Positions 11,714 through 21,917 of a DNA stretch of 64,000 bases are shown here, in pieces. This DNA comes from an uncultured delta proteobacterium. Its GTDB lineage: Bacteria > Myxococcota > Myxococcia > Myxococcales > Myxococcaceae. Made by a program: the position numbers and the translations under genes. Position 1 is the stretch's first letter. Each line of letters opens with the position of its first letter. Location: the NCBI GenBank assembly GCA_963713045.1, contig CAVQKE010000004.1, positions 1,152,001 through 1,216,000 on the forward strand, in the 5' to 3' direction. The notes under the pieces were generated by a model, which worked only from the letters and a program-made list of their open reading frames with translations, did not search any database and was not told the DNA's origin.

Positions 11714-12770
11714 TTATCGCGCAAATTGCTTCAAGGCAGGAAGTACTTCTCTGTCCCAGACCTCTTGCGATACGTAGAGGAGAAATGAGACGTTGCTGAT
11801 TATCCCGGCTGCTGGTCCGGTCTCACAAGGCGAGGGAACGAATTTCCGCAAATCGATGACATTCTGGTAAGGCTTGGCTACCGCCAGGCTGTACTGCACT
11901 CCATGCACAGCGGCGATCGGCCCGTTTCCTTTACGGACGACAGTGACGCAACAACCAGGAAGCATTTCTAGAAATACGGTCAAAGACAATTCGTCGAATC
12001 CACTCTTGTCTATGGCGTCAACAAGCACTACCCCTGGTGCCACTTCTTTGGCCGTCGGCGGCCAGTTCGCTGGCATACGCCACGCTTGCATCGTAGCCTG
12101 CCAACGACTTCTTCAATTGCTCGATGGCGGTCGTGTTGCCCTGAACCGCTGAGATCCATTGCACAAACAAATGCTGCTTGGCTTTGTCCCGACTCTCTGG
12201 TTTTCTTGGATCGATTTTGGGCAGTGTCGCCATTCCTTTGGCGAGCAGCTGAGAAAGAGCGGTGCCCGTGAGTTGCAGGGCCGGCTCGCCGTCCAGTTTC
12301 GCGGCATCTTCGTCCAGCCCCGGGTAGACAAGTCCCGTCGCCTTGATCGCCGCAGTCAATCCATCAGGGTCAGGATCGGCGATGATGGCGACGGCGTTTG
12401 CGAACTCTCCGGCAGTTACCAGAGTGCTGCAAGCTGCGTGTATCTGCCGCGTGGTGATCGTGCAGTCGGCACCGAGGTGCCTCTGCAACTCGGCAGCGGC
12501 CGCTTCTTTGCGGCGCTCGCTTTCGCTCGCCGGCTCGCTCTCCAACCCATGATGATCGCGAAACACCACCTTGTAGCCGAGCGATTTCAGTCTTTTCACG
12601 GCCTCTACGGTTGGTGGGGTAGCAGGCGTGTCTATGAAGAGGACCGGATTGCTCGCGTCTCCCTTCGGCAGACCGGCGCGGTAGACGAAATCGAGAATGG
12701 TTTGTGTGTCGTCTGCTGTGTATCCTTTGATGAAGAGGATCGGCACATTGTTGACTGTAACTGAAATCAA
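11714..12770 (-). CDS. DHH-like phosphoesterase with permuted motif order (frameshift near 12055)
   Basis: FID, RDHHG, HAACS and ADPDPDG motifs; the two ORF halves join at ELAA|TAKEVAPG. Confidence 0.55.
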
Positions 12771-13669
12771 GTCGCGTCACCAACAGGTTCAGAAGCGACT
12801 TTTGCCTTTGCTTCCAGCGCCGCCGATCGAAGCAACATTGTCGACGTATAAACAACAACGACAATCACAAGCCAGCGCACCGCATTTAGTTCCAGGCTCT
12901 TTACCCAGAATGCAGCTATCAATACCGCCGGCAATCCGCCAATGGACAATCCCAGCGAAGGGCGCAGTGCATAACGCCCGCTGGCGATGAAACGCGCGCT
13001 GCCGACCGGCATCAAGAATGCGCACGAGCCCATCATGATGGGAAAGGCAGCATGTGGATCCATGCCGAGCAGGCTGACCAGGATCATGCACGGGGCAAAT
13101 AAACCGATGCCTAGAGTCATCAAGGCGCCGAGAACAAAGTTGCCGATCATCCCCGCAATCAGCTTGACAGTGTTCAAGCCGAGATCGGCGCCGCCTGAAG
13201 GGAAATATTTCAACTGTGTCATCAACATCAGGATTGCAGCGGCAAGGAGTGCGCCGCCCAATGAGATTTGAATGACACGTCTGGGGAGTTTCGATACAAC
13301 ACCCGAGCCCAGCCAACTGCCCATGACGGCAGCCACGATCATGGCAGTGAGGGTAATGACGTCAACGTTCACTATAGCGATGAAAATGAAAGCTTCGGCA
13401 AATGTCGGCACGCAGTGCCCCACATTCAATGTGCCGGGAATCAATTCGTCCGGCACTGTATGTTTGAGTTTGAATAATGAGCTTGTGGTGGCAAAGGAGC
13501 CAATGCCGAGAGTATCAAAGAAGTTGGTGACAAAGCCGATGAACAAATCGAGGGCTGTCGGCCACAATGGTGCTTTTGATTCTTGTTTCCCCTTCAGAAC
13601 AGCTTGCACCCACATCACCAAGAACAAGATGCAGACGAGCGCGAGGGAGACGAAGAGGGCTTCTTTCAT
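12767..13669 (-). CDS. Sulfite exporter TauE/SafE family membrane protein
   Basis: NFFDTLGIGSFATT, IPGTLNVGH and AFPIMMGSCAFLMP; multi-TM. Confidence 0.8.
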   Translation of the reverse strand: MKEALFVSLALVCILFLVMWVQAVLKGKQESKAPLWPTALDLFIGFVTNFFDTLGIGSFATTSSLFKLKHTVPDELIPGTLNVGHCVPTFAEAFIFIAIVNVDVITLTAMIVAAVMGSWLGSGVVSKLPRRVIQISLGGALLAAAILMLMTQLKYFPSGGADLGLNTVKLIAGMIGNFVLGALMTLGIGLFAPCMILVSLLGMDPHAAFPIMMGSCAFLMPVGSARFIASGRYALRPSLGLSIGGLPAVLIAAFWVKSLELNAVRWLVIVVVVYTSTMLLRSAALEAKAKVASEPVGDAT

Positions 13670-13748
13670 GAATAAAAGGTCTCTCAGTAGGATGGGTTTT
13701 CCGCGGGGACCGGAATGTTCTGAACGCCGTTGTCACCGGCTGAGCAGG

Positions 13749-13785
13749 CAAGTGGAGGCACCATGAAACATGGGGCCTCCACTTG
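13749..13785. terminator. Long hairpin downstream of the VOC gene
   Basis: CAAGTGGAGGC-a-CCATG-aaa-CATGG-g-GCCTCCACTTG inverted repeat; no strong U-tract. Confidence 0.55.
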
Positions 13786-13805
13786 ATCTGATGTATCAAC
13801 AGCGG

Positions 13806-14288
13806 CTATTTGACGCCTGCCATTTGCTGCATCATTTTTTCGGCGCGCTTCTTCATTTCTTCCGGAGCGACATCTTCTACGTGTGTAGCGATTGCCCATT
13901 GATGTCCGAATGGATCGGCGAGCTTGCCGAAGCGATCGCCCCAGAACTGGTCGGCGACTGCCAATTGAACTGTGCAACCGGCTTTGACGGCTTTATCAAA
14001 CCAGGCGTCGACATCATCGACGTAGAGCATCAACGATGTGGTGGCTCCGCCCCGAGACTGCGGTCCGAGAACATCCCGTTCCTGACATTCGTCTCCGAGA
14101 AAGACCATCGAATCACCGATCTTGATTTCACCATGCATAATGGTGCCGTTCGGTCCGGGCATCACCATGATCTCTTCGGCGTCAAATGCCTTTTTGTAGA
14201 AATCGATTGCCCTTCTTGCGCCTTTCACTGTCAGGTACGGCGTTACTGTATGGAAGCCTTTGGGAATTGGATATGCAGCTTTTGCCAT
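13806..14288 (-). CDS. VOC/glyoxalase family protein (PhnB-like)
   Basis: GFHTVTPYL, AIDFYKKAF and DQFWGDRFGKLADPFGHQW. Confidence 0.92.
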   Translation of the reverse strand: MAKAAYPIPKGFHTVTPYLTVKGARRAIDFYKKAFDAEEIMVMPGPNGTIMHGEIKIGDSMVFLGDECQERDVLGPQSRGGATTSLMLYVDDVDAWFDKAVKAGCTVQLAVADQFWGDRFGKLADPFGHQWAIATHVEDVAPEEMKKRAEKMMQQMAGVK

Positions 14289-14473
14289 TTCTCGTCATCT
14301 CCTTGAAACTAATGCGAAACGCTTGCAGGCAGGCTCATCCAAGGGAGCCACTCCTGCCGAATCTCAATGCCGACGATTCTAACATCATGACTAGTGTCGC
14401 CAGTGGCCGGTCGCCCCAGGTACTTTCACGGGGCAGCGTGCTTGAGAGCGCTTGGTCACTGATGCTTATCTAT

Positions 14474-14502
14474 TTGACACTAACCAGTTAGATTGTTATC
14501 TT
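14474..14502 (+). promoter_or_regulatory. Sigma70-type promoter with embedded palindrome (probable leaderless mRNA)
   Basis: TTGACA-17 nt-TATCTT with ATG 6 nt downstream; spacer contains CTAAC-ca-GTTAG. Confidence 0.7.
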
Positions 14503-14508
14503 GAAGAT

Positions 14509-15732
14509 ATGTCTGCCATATCTGAGAGTTCCGGCACGGATATTCGCGACCATTGCCATTTTGGCGTTAGTCTTAGATTTGAGCTGCTTTTTGCTTTGCA
14601 CACATTGTTCAATCCTCATACGCGCATTCACCTGGGCTGGCGTGAGAAGGCATTGACCGAGTTGCCTGCCAGTTTTCTCGAACTCTTCAAAATGTTGGGT
14701 GGTTCCTATGAGTTATGGCCGGCTGTGGAGTCGGCGTTGCCGTGCAAACAAGCCTATTTTGATTTCGCCGGTTTGATTGAAGCCTTGTCCGGCATTGAGA
14801 CAAAAGAGCTTCAGAGAGCAATTTTGTACGGAGAACTGCATTCCGAAGAAGTGGTGAACGAAATTGTTCACGGTTCGCTTGATTTGTCGACAGCCATTTC
14901 CAGACTGCCCAAAGTCAATCATGAGTGGCTCTCTTTCATTGGCCTGTATCCCTACGATTCCCAATCTCCGATGATCATTGGCATGGAGCTTTTGATGGCC
15001 AATCCCGACAAGTTCAGATTGACGGTAATTGCCGCTCTTGAATTGTTCTGGCAGCATTCATTCCGCTCGACATGGGACTCGGTCAAAGATCAATTTCATC
15101 GATCGATGGAGGAGCGCGAACGACTTTTTCGCAGCTGTTCTTTCGAGGAATTCGCGCAGCACGCACTGCTCCGAGTACGCATCGATGAAAAAAATGGAAC
15201 CATTGAAGCGATTCGCGGTGGCTTCAAACTGGCATTCGCCAATATCGAAAGTTGTTTCTTCATTCCTTCGGCGTTCAACGATCGCCGTTTCTGGAGTTCA
15301 TACAAAGTCGAGCCAGGCAGTAAGTTCGAATACACCTATTTCCCCTATTTCGATCCTGCCATCAACTTTGGTGGCAGCACCGTGGCTCCCCAGACTGTTG
15401 TCGAGCCGGAACTCGATCCTGCCTTGATTTTCAAAGCTCTTGGTGATACGACACGCTACGCTATTGCTTCGCTGCTTGCCAGGCGCAGCATGACGGCGGT
15501 CGAGCTTTCTCGCCAATTGGCTGTTTCCAAACCAACGATCTCGCACCATCTAACGCAGTTGCGGGAAGCCGGTTTGATCAACGAACGCTACCAAAGCGGT
15601 GCCGTGCACGTCACCTTGAAGAAAGAAGTGTTCGAACGGCTGTCTGCGATTACAGTGCGCAAGCTTTTTGAAAATCCGGCCGATGCCGTATTGAACGTGA
15701 CCAGGCGCAAGAAGATGCCGACACAGAGTTGA
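14509..15732 (+). CDS. ArsR-family regulator with long N-terminal domain and C-terminal wHTH
   Basis: FKALGDTTRYAIASLL...SKPTISHHLTQLREAGLI. Confidence 0.88.
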   Translation: MSAISESSGTDIRDHCHFGVSLRFELLFALHTLFNPHTRIHLGWREKALTELPASFLELFKMLGGSYELWPAVESALPCKQAYFDFAGLIEALSGIETKELQRAILYGELHSEEVVNEIVHGSLDLSTAISRLPKVNHEWLSFIGLYPYDSQSPMIIGMELLMANPDKFRLTVIAALELFWQHSFRSTWDSVKDQFHRSMEERERLFRSCSFEEFAQHALLRVRIDEKNGTIEAIRGGFKLAFANIESCFFIPSAFNDRRFWSSYKVEPGSKFEYTYFPYFDPAINFGGSTVAPQTVVEPELDPALIFKALGDTTRYAIASLLARRSMTAVELSRQLAVSKPTISHHLTQLREAGLINERYQSGAVHVTLKKEVFERLSAITVRKLFENPADAVLNVTRRKKMPTQS

Positions 15733-15840
15733 AGCGGTCGATCCGATTGGGCTGTAGTGGGAGATTCGACTGGGCTGAAGCGGAGATCCGTCCAGGCCGA
15801 AGCGGAGATCCGGCCAGGCTGAAGCGGAGATCCGTCCGGG
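15728..15840. repeat. Five degenerate 22-23-bp tandem repeats between convergent genes
   Basis: Consensus GCTGAAGCGGAGATCCGTCCAG; three close copies and two degenerate ones. Confidence 0.8.
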
Positions 15841-17712
15841 CTATGTCGGCTGCGCCTTCGCGCGTGCTTCCAGGTTTTCCCAGCGAGAATAAAGCGTCTC
15901 CAGTTCTTTCTGGACTGCTTCCTTTTCCTTCATCAGTTCATGAAGTCTGACATAATTGCTGGCGACACTCGGCTTGCTCATTTCTCTGTCTAGAGAAATG
16001 ATTCTGGCCTCCGCCAGCTCGATTTTGTCCGGCATTGATGTCAACTCACGCTTCTCCGCAGTTGACAGTTGCTGCCGCTCTCGGGCGCGTCTGTTATCTT
16101 CCGCTCCGGTTGTTGTCGTTTCATTTTGACGTTGTGCTTCTTTCGTCGGCCCATTCTTCTCGCTGCCTGCCTTCGCTTCGCTTTCGCCGACGAATCGATC
16201 CCAGACTCCTTCGCATTGCTCGTAATCGGCGAAGAATTCGGCTCTTCCCTGTCCATCTAGTGCCAGAATGCGATTGGAGACGGTGTCGAGCATCATGCGA
16301 TCGTGCGTGACAATGATGACGGCTCCTGGAAAATCCTCGAGGCTGTTTTCCAACACCTCTAATGATGGAATGTCGAGGTCGTTGGTTGGTTCATCGAGAA
16401 TGAGAACATCAGCCGGCTTGAGCATCAAGTTGGCGATCAGTATGCGCGCCTGTTCACCTCCGGAAAGGTAACTCACGGGCATGTCCAACTGATCTGGGCG
16501 GAAGAGAAACTTCTTCGCCCAGGTTGAAATATGCAAACTTCTGCCGCGATAAACGACCGCATCATTTTCTGCGCATAGTGATGCACGCAAGGTTTTCGAC
16601 TGATCGAGTTGTTCGCGATTCTGATCGAACAAGACGATTTTCAGATCTGCCGCGCGCTTGATCGTTCCTCTATCGGGCTCCAGTTCGCCGACGATCAGGC
16701 GCAACAATGTCGTTTTACCGCTGCCGTTCCTGCCGACCAAGCCAAGTTTGGCACCAGGGCAGAGTGTAAAACTGAGATTCGACACCAGCTTGTTTTCGCC
16801 GAATGATTTGCCGATTTCCTTCAGTGAAATGAGTTCCTTTGCCTGACGCCCGGACGCATCAAAGCCGATTTCAATCGCGGCCGCTTTCAAGGCGTTACGC
16901 GCTTTCACCTCCGCCAGTTCCTCCATCAGTTTGCCGGCCTCTTGGATCCGCCCCCGCGACTTGGTTTGTCTTGCTCGTGCACCACGCTGCAACCAGGCGA
17001 TCTCGCGCCGCACCTTGCTCGCTAATGCTTGCTGTAGATTGGCCTGGGCGCTCAATTGTTCATCACGAGCAAGAAGGAATTGGCTGTAGTTCCCTTTTAC
17101 ACTGATAAAACCCTGCGGGTAGGTTGGATTGAGTTCGATCATCCGGTTGACGACGGACTCCAGAAAAGCTCGATCGTGGCTAACAACCGCGAACGACAAT
17201 CGCGTGGATCTAAGCCAGTTCTCCAGCCACAATACACCTTCGAGATCGAGATGATTGGTCGGCTCGTCCAACAGCAGCAATTCCGGTTCCTGTACAAGGG
17301 CACAAGCTAAGGCAAGTCGTTTGCGCCAGCCACCAGATAAGGTGCCCGCCAGGGCCCGGCGATCTGGAAAACCCATTTGATGAAGAGTGGAATCTACCGA
17401 GGCGGCCCGCTCGTGATCCTCAAAAGGAGCCCTGGATGCAGCTTCTTCTACAATCGTCTGGATTGTTTGATCATCCGGAAATGATTCATCCTGCTCGACG
17501 TACGCAAGTCTCAGGTTTTTCCGTGATACCAACTGGCCTTGATCAGGACTTGTGATATTGGAAAGGATCTTGAGCAAGGTCGACTTGCCTGATCCATTAG
17601 GACCAATCAATCCCAGTCGATCGCCCTCTTCGATTCCGAACGAGATATCGGTGAACAGAGGGCGTGAGCTGTACGATTTGCCAATCGATTGACAGCTGAC
17701 AAGAATGCCCAT
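15841..17712 (-). CDS. uup: ABC-F family ATPase (Uup-like)
   Basis: Two ATPase domains (GPNGSGKST/LSGGW/LDEPTNHLD; GRNGSGKTT/LSGGEQ/LDEPTNDLD), ARQTKSRGRI linker, C-terminal coiled coil. Confidence 0.9.
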   Translation of the reverse strand: MGILVSCQSIGKSYSSRPLFTDISFGIEEGDRLGLIGPNGSGKSTLLKILSNITSPDQGQLVSRKNLRLAYVEQDESFPDDQTIQTIVEEAASRAPFEDHERAASVDSTLHQMGFPDRRALAGTLSGGWRKRLALACALVQEPELLLLDEPTNHLDLEGVLWLENWLRSTRLSFAVVSHDRAFLESVVNRMIELNPTYPQGFISVKGNYSQFLLARDEQLSAQANLQQALASKVRREIAWLQRGARARQTKSRGRIQEAGKLMEELAEVKARNALKAAAIEIGFDASGRQAKELISLKEIGKSFGENKLVSNLSFTLCPGAKLGLVGRNGSGKTTLLRLIVGELEPDRGTIKRAADLKIVLFDQNREQLDQSKTLRASLCAENDAVVYRGRSLHISTWAKKFLFRPDQLDMPVSYLSGGEQARILIANLMLKPADVLILDEPTNDLDIPSLEVLENSLEDFPGAVIIVTHDRMMLDTVSNRILALDGQGRAEFFADYEQCEGVWDRFVGESEAKAGSEKNGPTKEAQRQNETTTTGAEDNRRARERQQLSTAEKRELTSMPDKIELAEARIISLDREMSKPSVASNYVRLHELMKEKEAVQKELETLYSRWENLEARAKAQPT

Positions 17713-17777
17713 TATTTAAAGCGCTCCGTCGCCTGCGCTACGCTTGATCGCCGCGTAGACTCGCTCCAATCCGCACG

Positions 17778-18260
17778 CTACCTTGCCGAGTTCCGTTGGC
17801 GTGGTTCGTCCATTTTCTCAGACGCTCTCAAGGCGTCGATCATCTGCAGCAGTTCATGCGTCAATGGCGTCGATCGACGAGTCTTGCGATCGACAAGAAC
17901 CATCACTGAGTCTGATACTGAGCAACAGACATCATCTTTAAAGATCGCCTGGCCTAGTGAGAGTGAACTCTTGCCAACAGAAAGTATCCGCGTGCCCACT
18001 CTGACGCCGCCTGGATAGTGCATCTCCTGGACGAAGTCAATCGCCACTCTTGCCAATGTAAACAGTCTGCCACTCTGATCGGCGACAAGAAAAAGTCCTG
18101 CCGCAAAGTGACAACGACCCGATTCGAAAAGCGAGGCGTAGACTGCATTGTTGATATGACCGATCTGATCTGTGTCGCCGAAACGCAAAGTGACATCAGT
18201 CCAGTAATGATAGGACTGTTCCTCTGCAGCACCGGGCACTGATGTCTTCAGGCTGGGCAT
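17778..18260 (-). CDS. Acyl-CoA thioesterase (4HBT/YbgC family)
   Basis: LRFGDTDQIGHINNAVYASLFESGR. Confidence 0.9.
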   Translation of the reverse strand: MPSLKTSVPGAAEEQSYHYWTDVTLRFGDTDQIGHINNAVYASLFESGRCHFAAGLFLVADQSGRLFTLARVAIDFVQEMHYPGGVRVGTRILSVGKSSLSLGQAIFKDDVCCSVSDSVMVLVDRKTRRSTPLTHELLQMIDALRASEKMDEPRQRNSAR

Positions 18261-18559
18261 CTGTGGTTGGCTCCTGGAAAAACACGATTATATAGCTCCG
18301 ATTGCCAGAGCTTTTGGGTGAATGGAACAGTCGTCAAGTATTGTTTTCTCTTTACAAGTCGGGCATCGGGATCTGGCAAGTTCTGGGGATTAAAACCCTA
18401 TTCCTTATCTATAAAGGATCGCTCAAATGGACGGCATTTTATCCGGAATACTTGTCCTGACTTCCCTTACGGCATTTTGCGGCTGAGTATGAGCAGGCTC
18501 CGGTGGGATTCTCGGAGGCAGACCGCTTTGCCAGATTAAAGGCGACCAATGAATAATAA

Positions 18560-18602
18560 CTAACTAGTTAGGCTTGACTTTATGCAGTTAGATTGTTATC
18601 TT
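18560..18602 (+). promoter_or_regulatory. Sigma70-type promoter sharing 18 bp with the ArsR promoter, plus an upstream palindrome
   Basis: CTAACTAGTTAG (18560-18571), TTGACT-17 nt-TATCTT; CAGTTAGATTGTTATCTT is identical to 14485-14502. Confidence 0.7.
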
Positions 18603-18634
18603 ACTAGGACAACAAGAAAGGGGGCTCGAAAAAG

Positions 18635-18955
18635 ATGAACGAGCACAGAAAAACAATCAAATCAATTCTGGTAAGTGGCATTGCGCTCCTTCTATTGCTT
18701 GCAGGAACCACAACTCCGGCTCAAGCGGTCATCAGTGACCCGCAGATGGCATTCCGTGTACAGAGCAGCCGCCGGTTCTTGCAATCGCAAGAGCAGCAAT
18801 TGCTAAGAGATATCGATAATCTGAACTATCAGTTGAAGGATGTTGATCCAAAATCGCCAACCAACACTGATATCAACCGGATCATCGACCAAAAATATAG
18901 AGATCTCAATCTCGTGCGATCGAATATCAAAGACATCGACCGGATTCTTCTCTAA
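18635..18955 (+). CDS. Small secreted coiled-coil hypothetical protein
   Basis: Signal peptide ending PAQA, purine-rich RBS, own promoter and terminator. Confidence 0.75.
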   Translation: MNEHRKTIKSILVSGIALLLLLAGTTTPAQAVISDPQMAFRVQSSRRFLQSQEQQLLRDIDNLNYQLKDVDPKSPTNTDINRIIDQKYRDLNLVRSNIKDIDRILL

Positions 18956-18978
18956 TCCTCTCCTCTCCACTCGCTAAG

Positions 18979-19029
18979 ACGAAATGATACTGGGTGCCTC
19001 AGCGCATCCAGTATCACTCGTTTCGGTCG
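18979..19029. terminator. Hairpin between convergent genes
   Basis: TGATACTGGGTGC...GCATCCAGTATCA stem. Confidence 0.55.
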
Positions 19030-19074
19030 CAAATTATTCGGGCTTGTAGATCCAGATTCTCCAGCTTACATCAC

Positions 19075-20028
19075 TTACTTCTCGACTGAGTTGTTCATGG
19101 CTAGGATGTCCCTCCAATAAGGACTATGAGCCGCTTCTGTCATCAGGTAATCCCAATAGTCGGCTTTTGCAGCTCTGGGTCCAGCCCAGGCACTGTTGAA
19201 GAATGCTCGCGCTTGTTTGGCGTTTCCCGAGTAATAGAGATCGAGCACCTCGGCGGCTAGCTCGGGCGGCACCTGGCCATGAAGTCGTTGGAACTCGGAC
19301 TTGATTGCTTTTCGCATCAGTTTTAGTTGTTTTCGGTCCGGTGCCGGCTTTTGCATTCCTTTGCAATCCAGTGTCAAGGCGCCGCTTTGGTAGGCGAGGA
19401 GAATCTCCGGCGCCACAGATCTCGCTCCTGAATAATCTGTAAAGCAGTCATTGGCCAGGATCTCATAGCAACCGGGGATATTGGTAGTTTGCATCTGAAT
19501 GCGTGCGTAGCCGTTGGCAATCGTGGCAAGCTTCTCTACTTTCCTGGAAAGACGAAATATCTCGTAGTCGAAGGTACCGTTTTCCTTCTGCCGTTCAACC
19601 ACTACTGCGGGGATGCCGTCGATAGCCAGATTGAAGAGATAGTTTCGTTTGCCGCGTCGGTCTCCCGGAGCATCTGCACAGGGAATGATTCTTTTGTCAT
19701 CATTGTTGTCGATGGGCACCGAGACGAGAGTCAACTTTTCTTCCGGTTTTGCTGTTTCTTTGAGCAACTCCTTTCCATCCCTTGCAAAAACGATGAACGC
19801 AGGATGTCGCTCGTTTGCAGCATATCTCTCTAGCGTCGTTGAACCGAGGAATATTTTGTCTTGCCCTTCTTCGATTGCACCTTCGGCGGCATAACCAGCC
19901 TCAGCATTGCTCACGCCGCACCCCGTGAGCGCGCACACCGCGAGGACGAACACCAGATAGACCCAGCACCAGAACTGCTCTCCGGGCAACCTTCTCAGGC
20001 GGTTTTGGGCGATTCGAAGCGATAACAT
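19075..20028 (-). CDS. Hypothetical lipoprotein
   Basis: Hydrophobic segment with lipobox LTGC; long ORF. Confidence 0.65.
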   Translation of the reverse strand: MLSLRIAQNRLRRLPGEQFWCWVYLVFVLAVCALTGCGVSNAEAGYAAEGAIEEGQDKIFLGSTTLERYAANERHPAFIVFARDGKELLKETAKPEEKLTLVSVPIDNNDDKRIIPCADAPGDRRGKRNYLFNLAIDGIPAVVVERQKENGTFDYEIFRLSRKVEKLATIANGYARIQMQTTNIPGCYEILANDCFTDYSGARSVAPEILLAYQSGALTLDCKGMQKPAPDRKQLKLMRKAIKSEFQRLHGQVPPELAAEVLDLYYSGNAKQARAFFNSAWAGPRAAKADYWDYLMTEAAHSPYWRDILAMNNSVEK

Positions 20029-20267
20029 GGTTGATCGGGCCTCAGTGAGAGCGAGATTGAGACGTGTTTATCCGCACGGATGCAGCGATGGCGGCCGTTG
20101 GCGTTGGCGGTGAGATGCGCATTTGCTCAGGCGATTCCGTCCTGAATCGTCCGCGCTTCTTTGATGACGAGATACTGTTTACCCATTACCAGAATAGCAA
20201 TGAGTTGTAATACGGTTGTAAAGGTGCAGCTAATTGCCTATAAAAGTTGGACCGTATAATGTAGTCG

Positions 20268-21419
20268 ATGCCGGAGGCGAAGGTTTGCATGCGGACAACC
20301 GAGAGTTTGCTTTTCCTTGCTACCTTCTGTGCGCTGCCATATTTAGCCAGAGAAGCCGACGCAGTTGAGTCAATGACCAAGACTGCGGCTCCGCCGATCG
20401 CCAGCACGGCCAGGAGTGCTGCCGGCTTCCTGCCCAAGGGCTGGTACATGGAGGCACACGCAGAGGGCGATCTCAACAAGGATGGTCTCAAGGATTCGGT
20501 GCTCGTAATGTCGGATACCGACCCTGCCATAGCGGCGAAAAGCGTCGGCGAGCGCAGGCTGTTGATCGCCCTGCGCGATGCCGACGGACTGCTGCACAAA
20601 TCCGCGGAGAGTGAATCGGCTGTCTCACTTCTCGGCAATCCGCCGCGAATTTCGATCAAGAACGACGTACTCGATCTGGAAGCGACGAACGAGAAAGGCA
20701 AAACTATATATAAGTATCAGCTTCGCAATGGACAATGGGACCTGATCGGATACACCCATGTTGAATACGACTCTGACACCACTCGTCCGCGTGAATCGAT
20801 AGACTTGAATCTTCTCACAGGAGACGTCGTTGCTGCATCGCGGCGCCGCGAGTATCACTCGAAACACTTTCTTGAGGTGCGGTCACCGTTGATCGACGGT
20901 GCTGAGTCCTGCGCTGCGGATTGGACCGCCCCCGCCGTTTGGCTCAATCCAAAATCACAACAGTGCCCGATTGTCGCCGTGCTTTCCGTACACAACAAGA
21001 ACACACTGTTCATTCGCAGTGAATTGGAAGGGGCTTACGATATTGCTGATGAGGATGTGGCTCTCCTCAACAGTAGCGGAGTGGTAGTTCCGGCGGTATC
21101 GAAGAAACGAACCACTTACGGTTACATTCTTGCCAGCTATGATCTGAGGTCGCTTGTGCCTGAGAGCGGAACCGATAACTCCGAGAGCCCGTCGGACGAG
21201 CCAAAGCGCGACGATCCTCTTTTGCTCCGATTAAGCGTTAAAGTCACGCCCTCGCACAGCGGTTGCAAGAAGACTTTTTCTACGGGCTCGAATGGTGATG
21301 CCGGCGCCATTCTGCTCACTAAACTGAAATCATTGCCGACGCTCATGGACATCGATGTGCGCAGTGGCGCTGCCATCCAACCGACATTTGCCGCCGGCGA
21401 CTGTGAACCGAAGAAATAG
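20268..21419 (+). CDS. Hypothetical exported protein with GDLNKDG (FG-GAP/EF-hand-like) motif
   Basis: Signal-like N-terminus; FLPKGW...EGDLNKDGLKDSVLV. Confidence 0.65.
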   Translation: MPEAKVCMRTTESLLFLATFCALPYLAREADAVESMTKTAAPPIASTARSAAGFLPKGWYMEAHAEGDLNKDGLKDSVLVMSDTDPAIAAKSVGERRLLIALRDADGLLHKSAESESAVSLLGNPPRISIKNDVLDLEATNEKGKTIYKYQLRNGQWDLIGYTHVEYDSDTTRPRESIDLNLLTGDVVAASRRREYHSKHFLEVRSPLIDGAESCAADWTAPAVWLNPKSQQCPIVAVLSVHNKNTLFIRSELEGAYDIADEDVALLNSSGVVVPAVSKKRTTYGYILASYDLRSLVPESGTDNSESPSDEPKRDDPLLLRLSVKVTPSHSGCKKTFSTGSNGDAGAILLTKLKSLPTLMDIDVRSGAAIQPTFAAGDCEPKK

Positions 21420-21482
21420 TTCCTACTGCCAGGATCGGCTCATGCCGCAAACGGGTGTCACCCATCACGGCAATAGTGCCCC

Positions 21483-21525
21483 AAAACATAATCACCACCC
21501 AGATTGCTCTGCGGTGGTGATTTTG
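21483..21525. terminator. Bidirectional intrinsic terminator
   Basis: AATCACCACC...GGTGGTGATT stem with T-rich tails on both strands. Confidence 0.7.
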
Positions 21526-21697
21526 CTACTGCCTGACTGCCCCTTGCGAATTGGGCTCAGTATTTATGCATGCTTCAGTCAGTCCTTCACACGCATCGGG
21601 CTTCTTGCTACTGTCTCCGAACAGCGCTGTCTGTCGTTTCCGCAATGCCCCTCGGCTCGCAGTGCTTAACTCATTTGGTAAGCACTCACCGTTGATG
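21483..21697 (-). ncRNA. Candidate structured small RNA
   Basis: TTGCGC-16 nt-TAAACT promoter on the minus strand, several stems, terminal intrinsic terminator, no credible ORF. Confidence 0.45.
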
Positions 21698-21917
21698 TAT
21701 TTAGTTTAGCCGATTTGGCATTATGCGCAAGTCCCCCAATGAGTATTTAAAGATCGTATTTTCGGATTGCAAGGAATAGCTCCTAGAGCCACTTTGTGAA
21801 TGTGATAAGCATTAACAAGCGCTCGATCAATTCACGGTGTGGCATTTGTAATTTTTGAATATGCTTTGCATGATTGACGCATATTGAAAAATCTACCTTT
21901 GGGACCAGTTCAACGTT

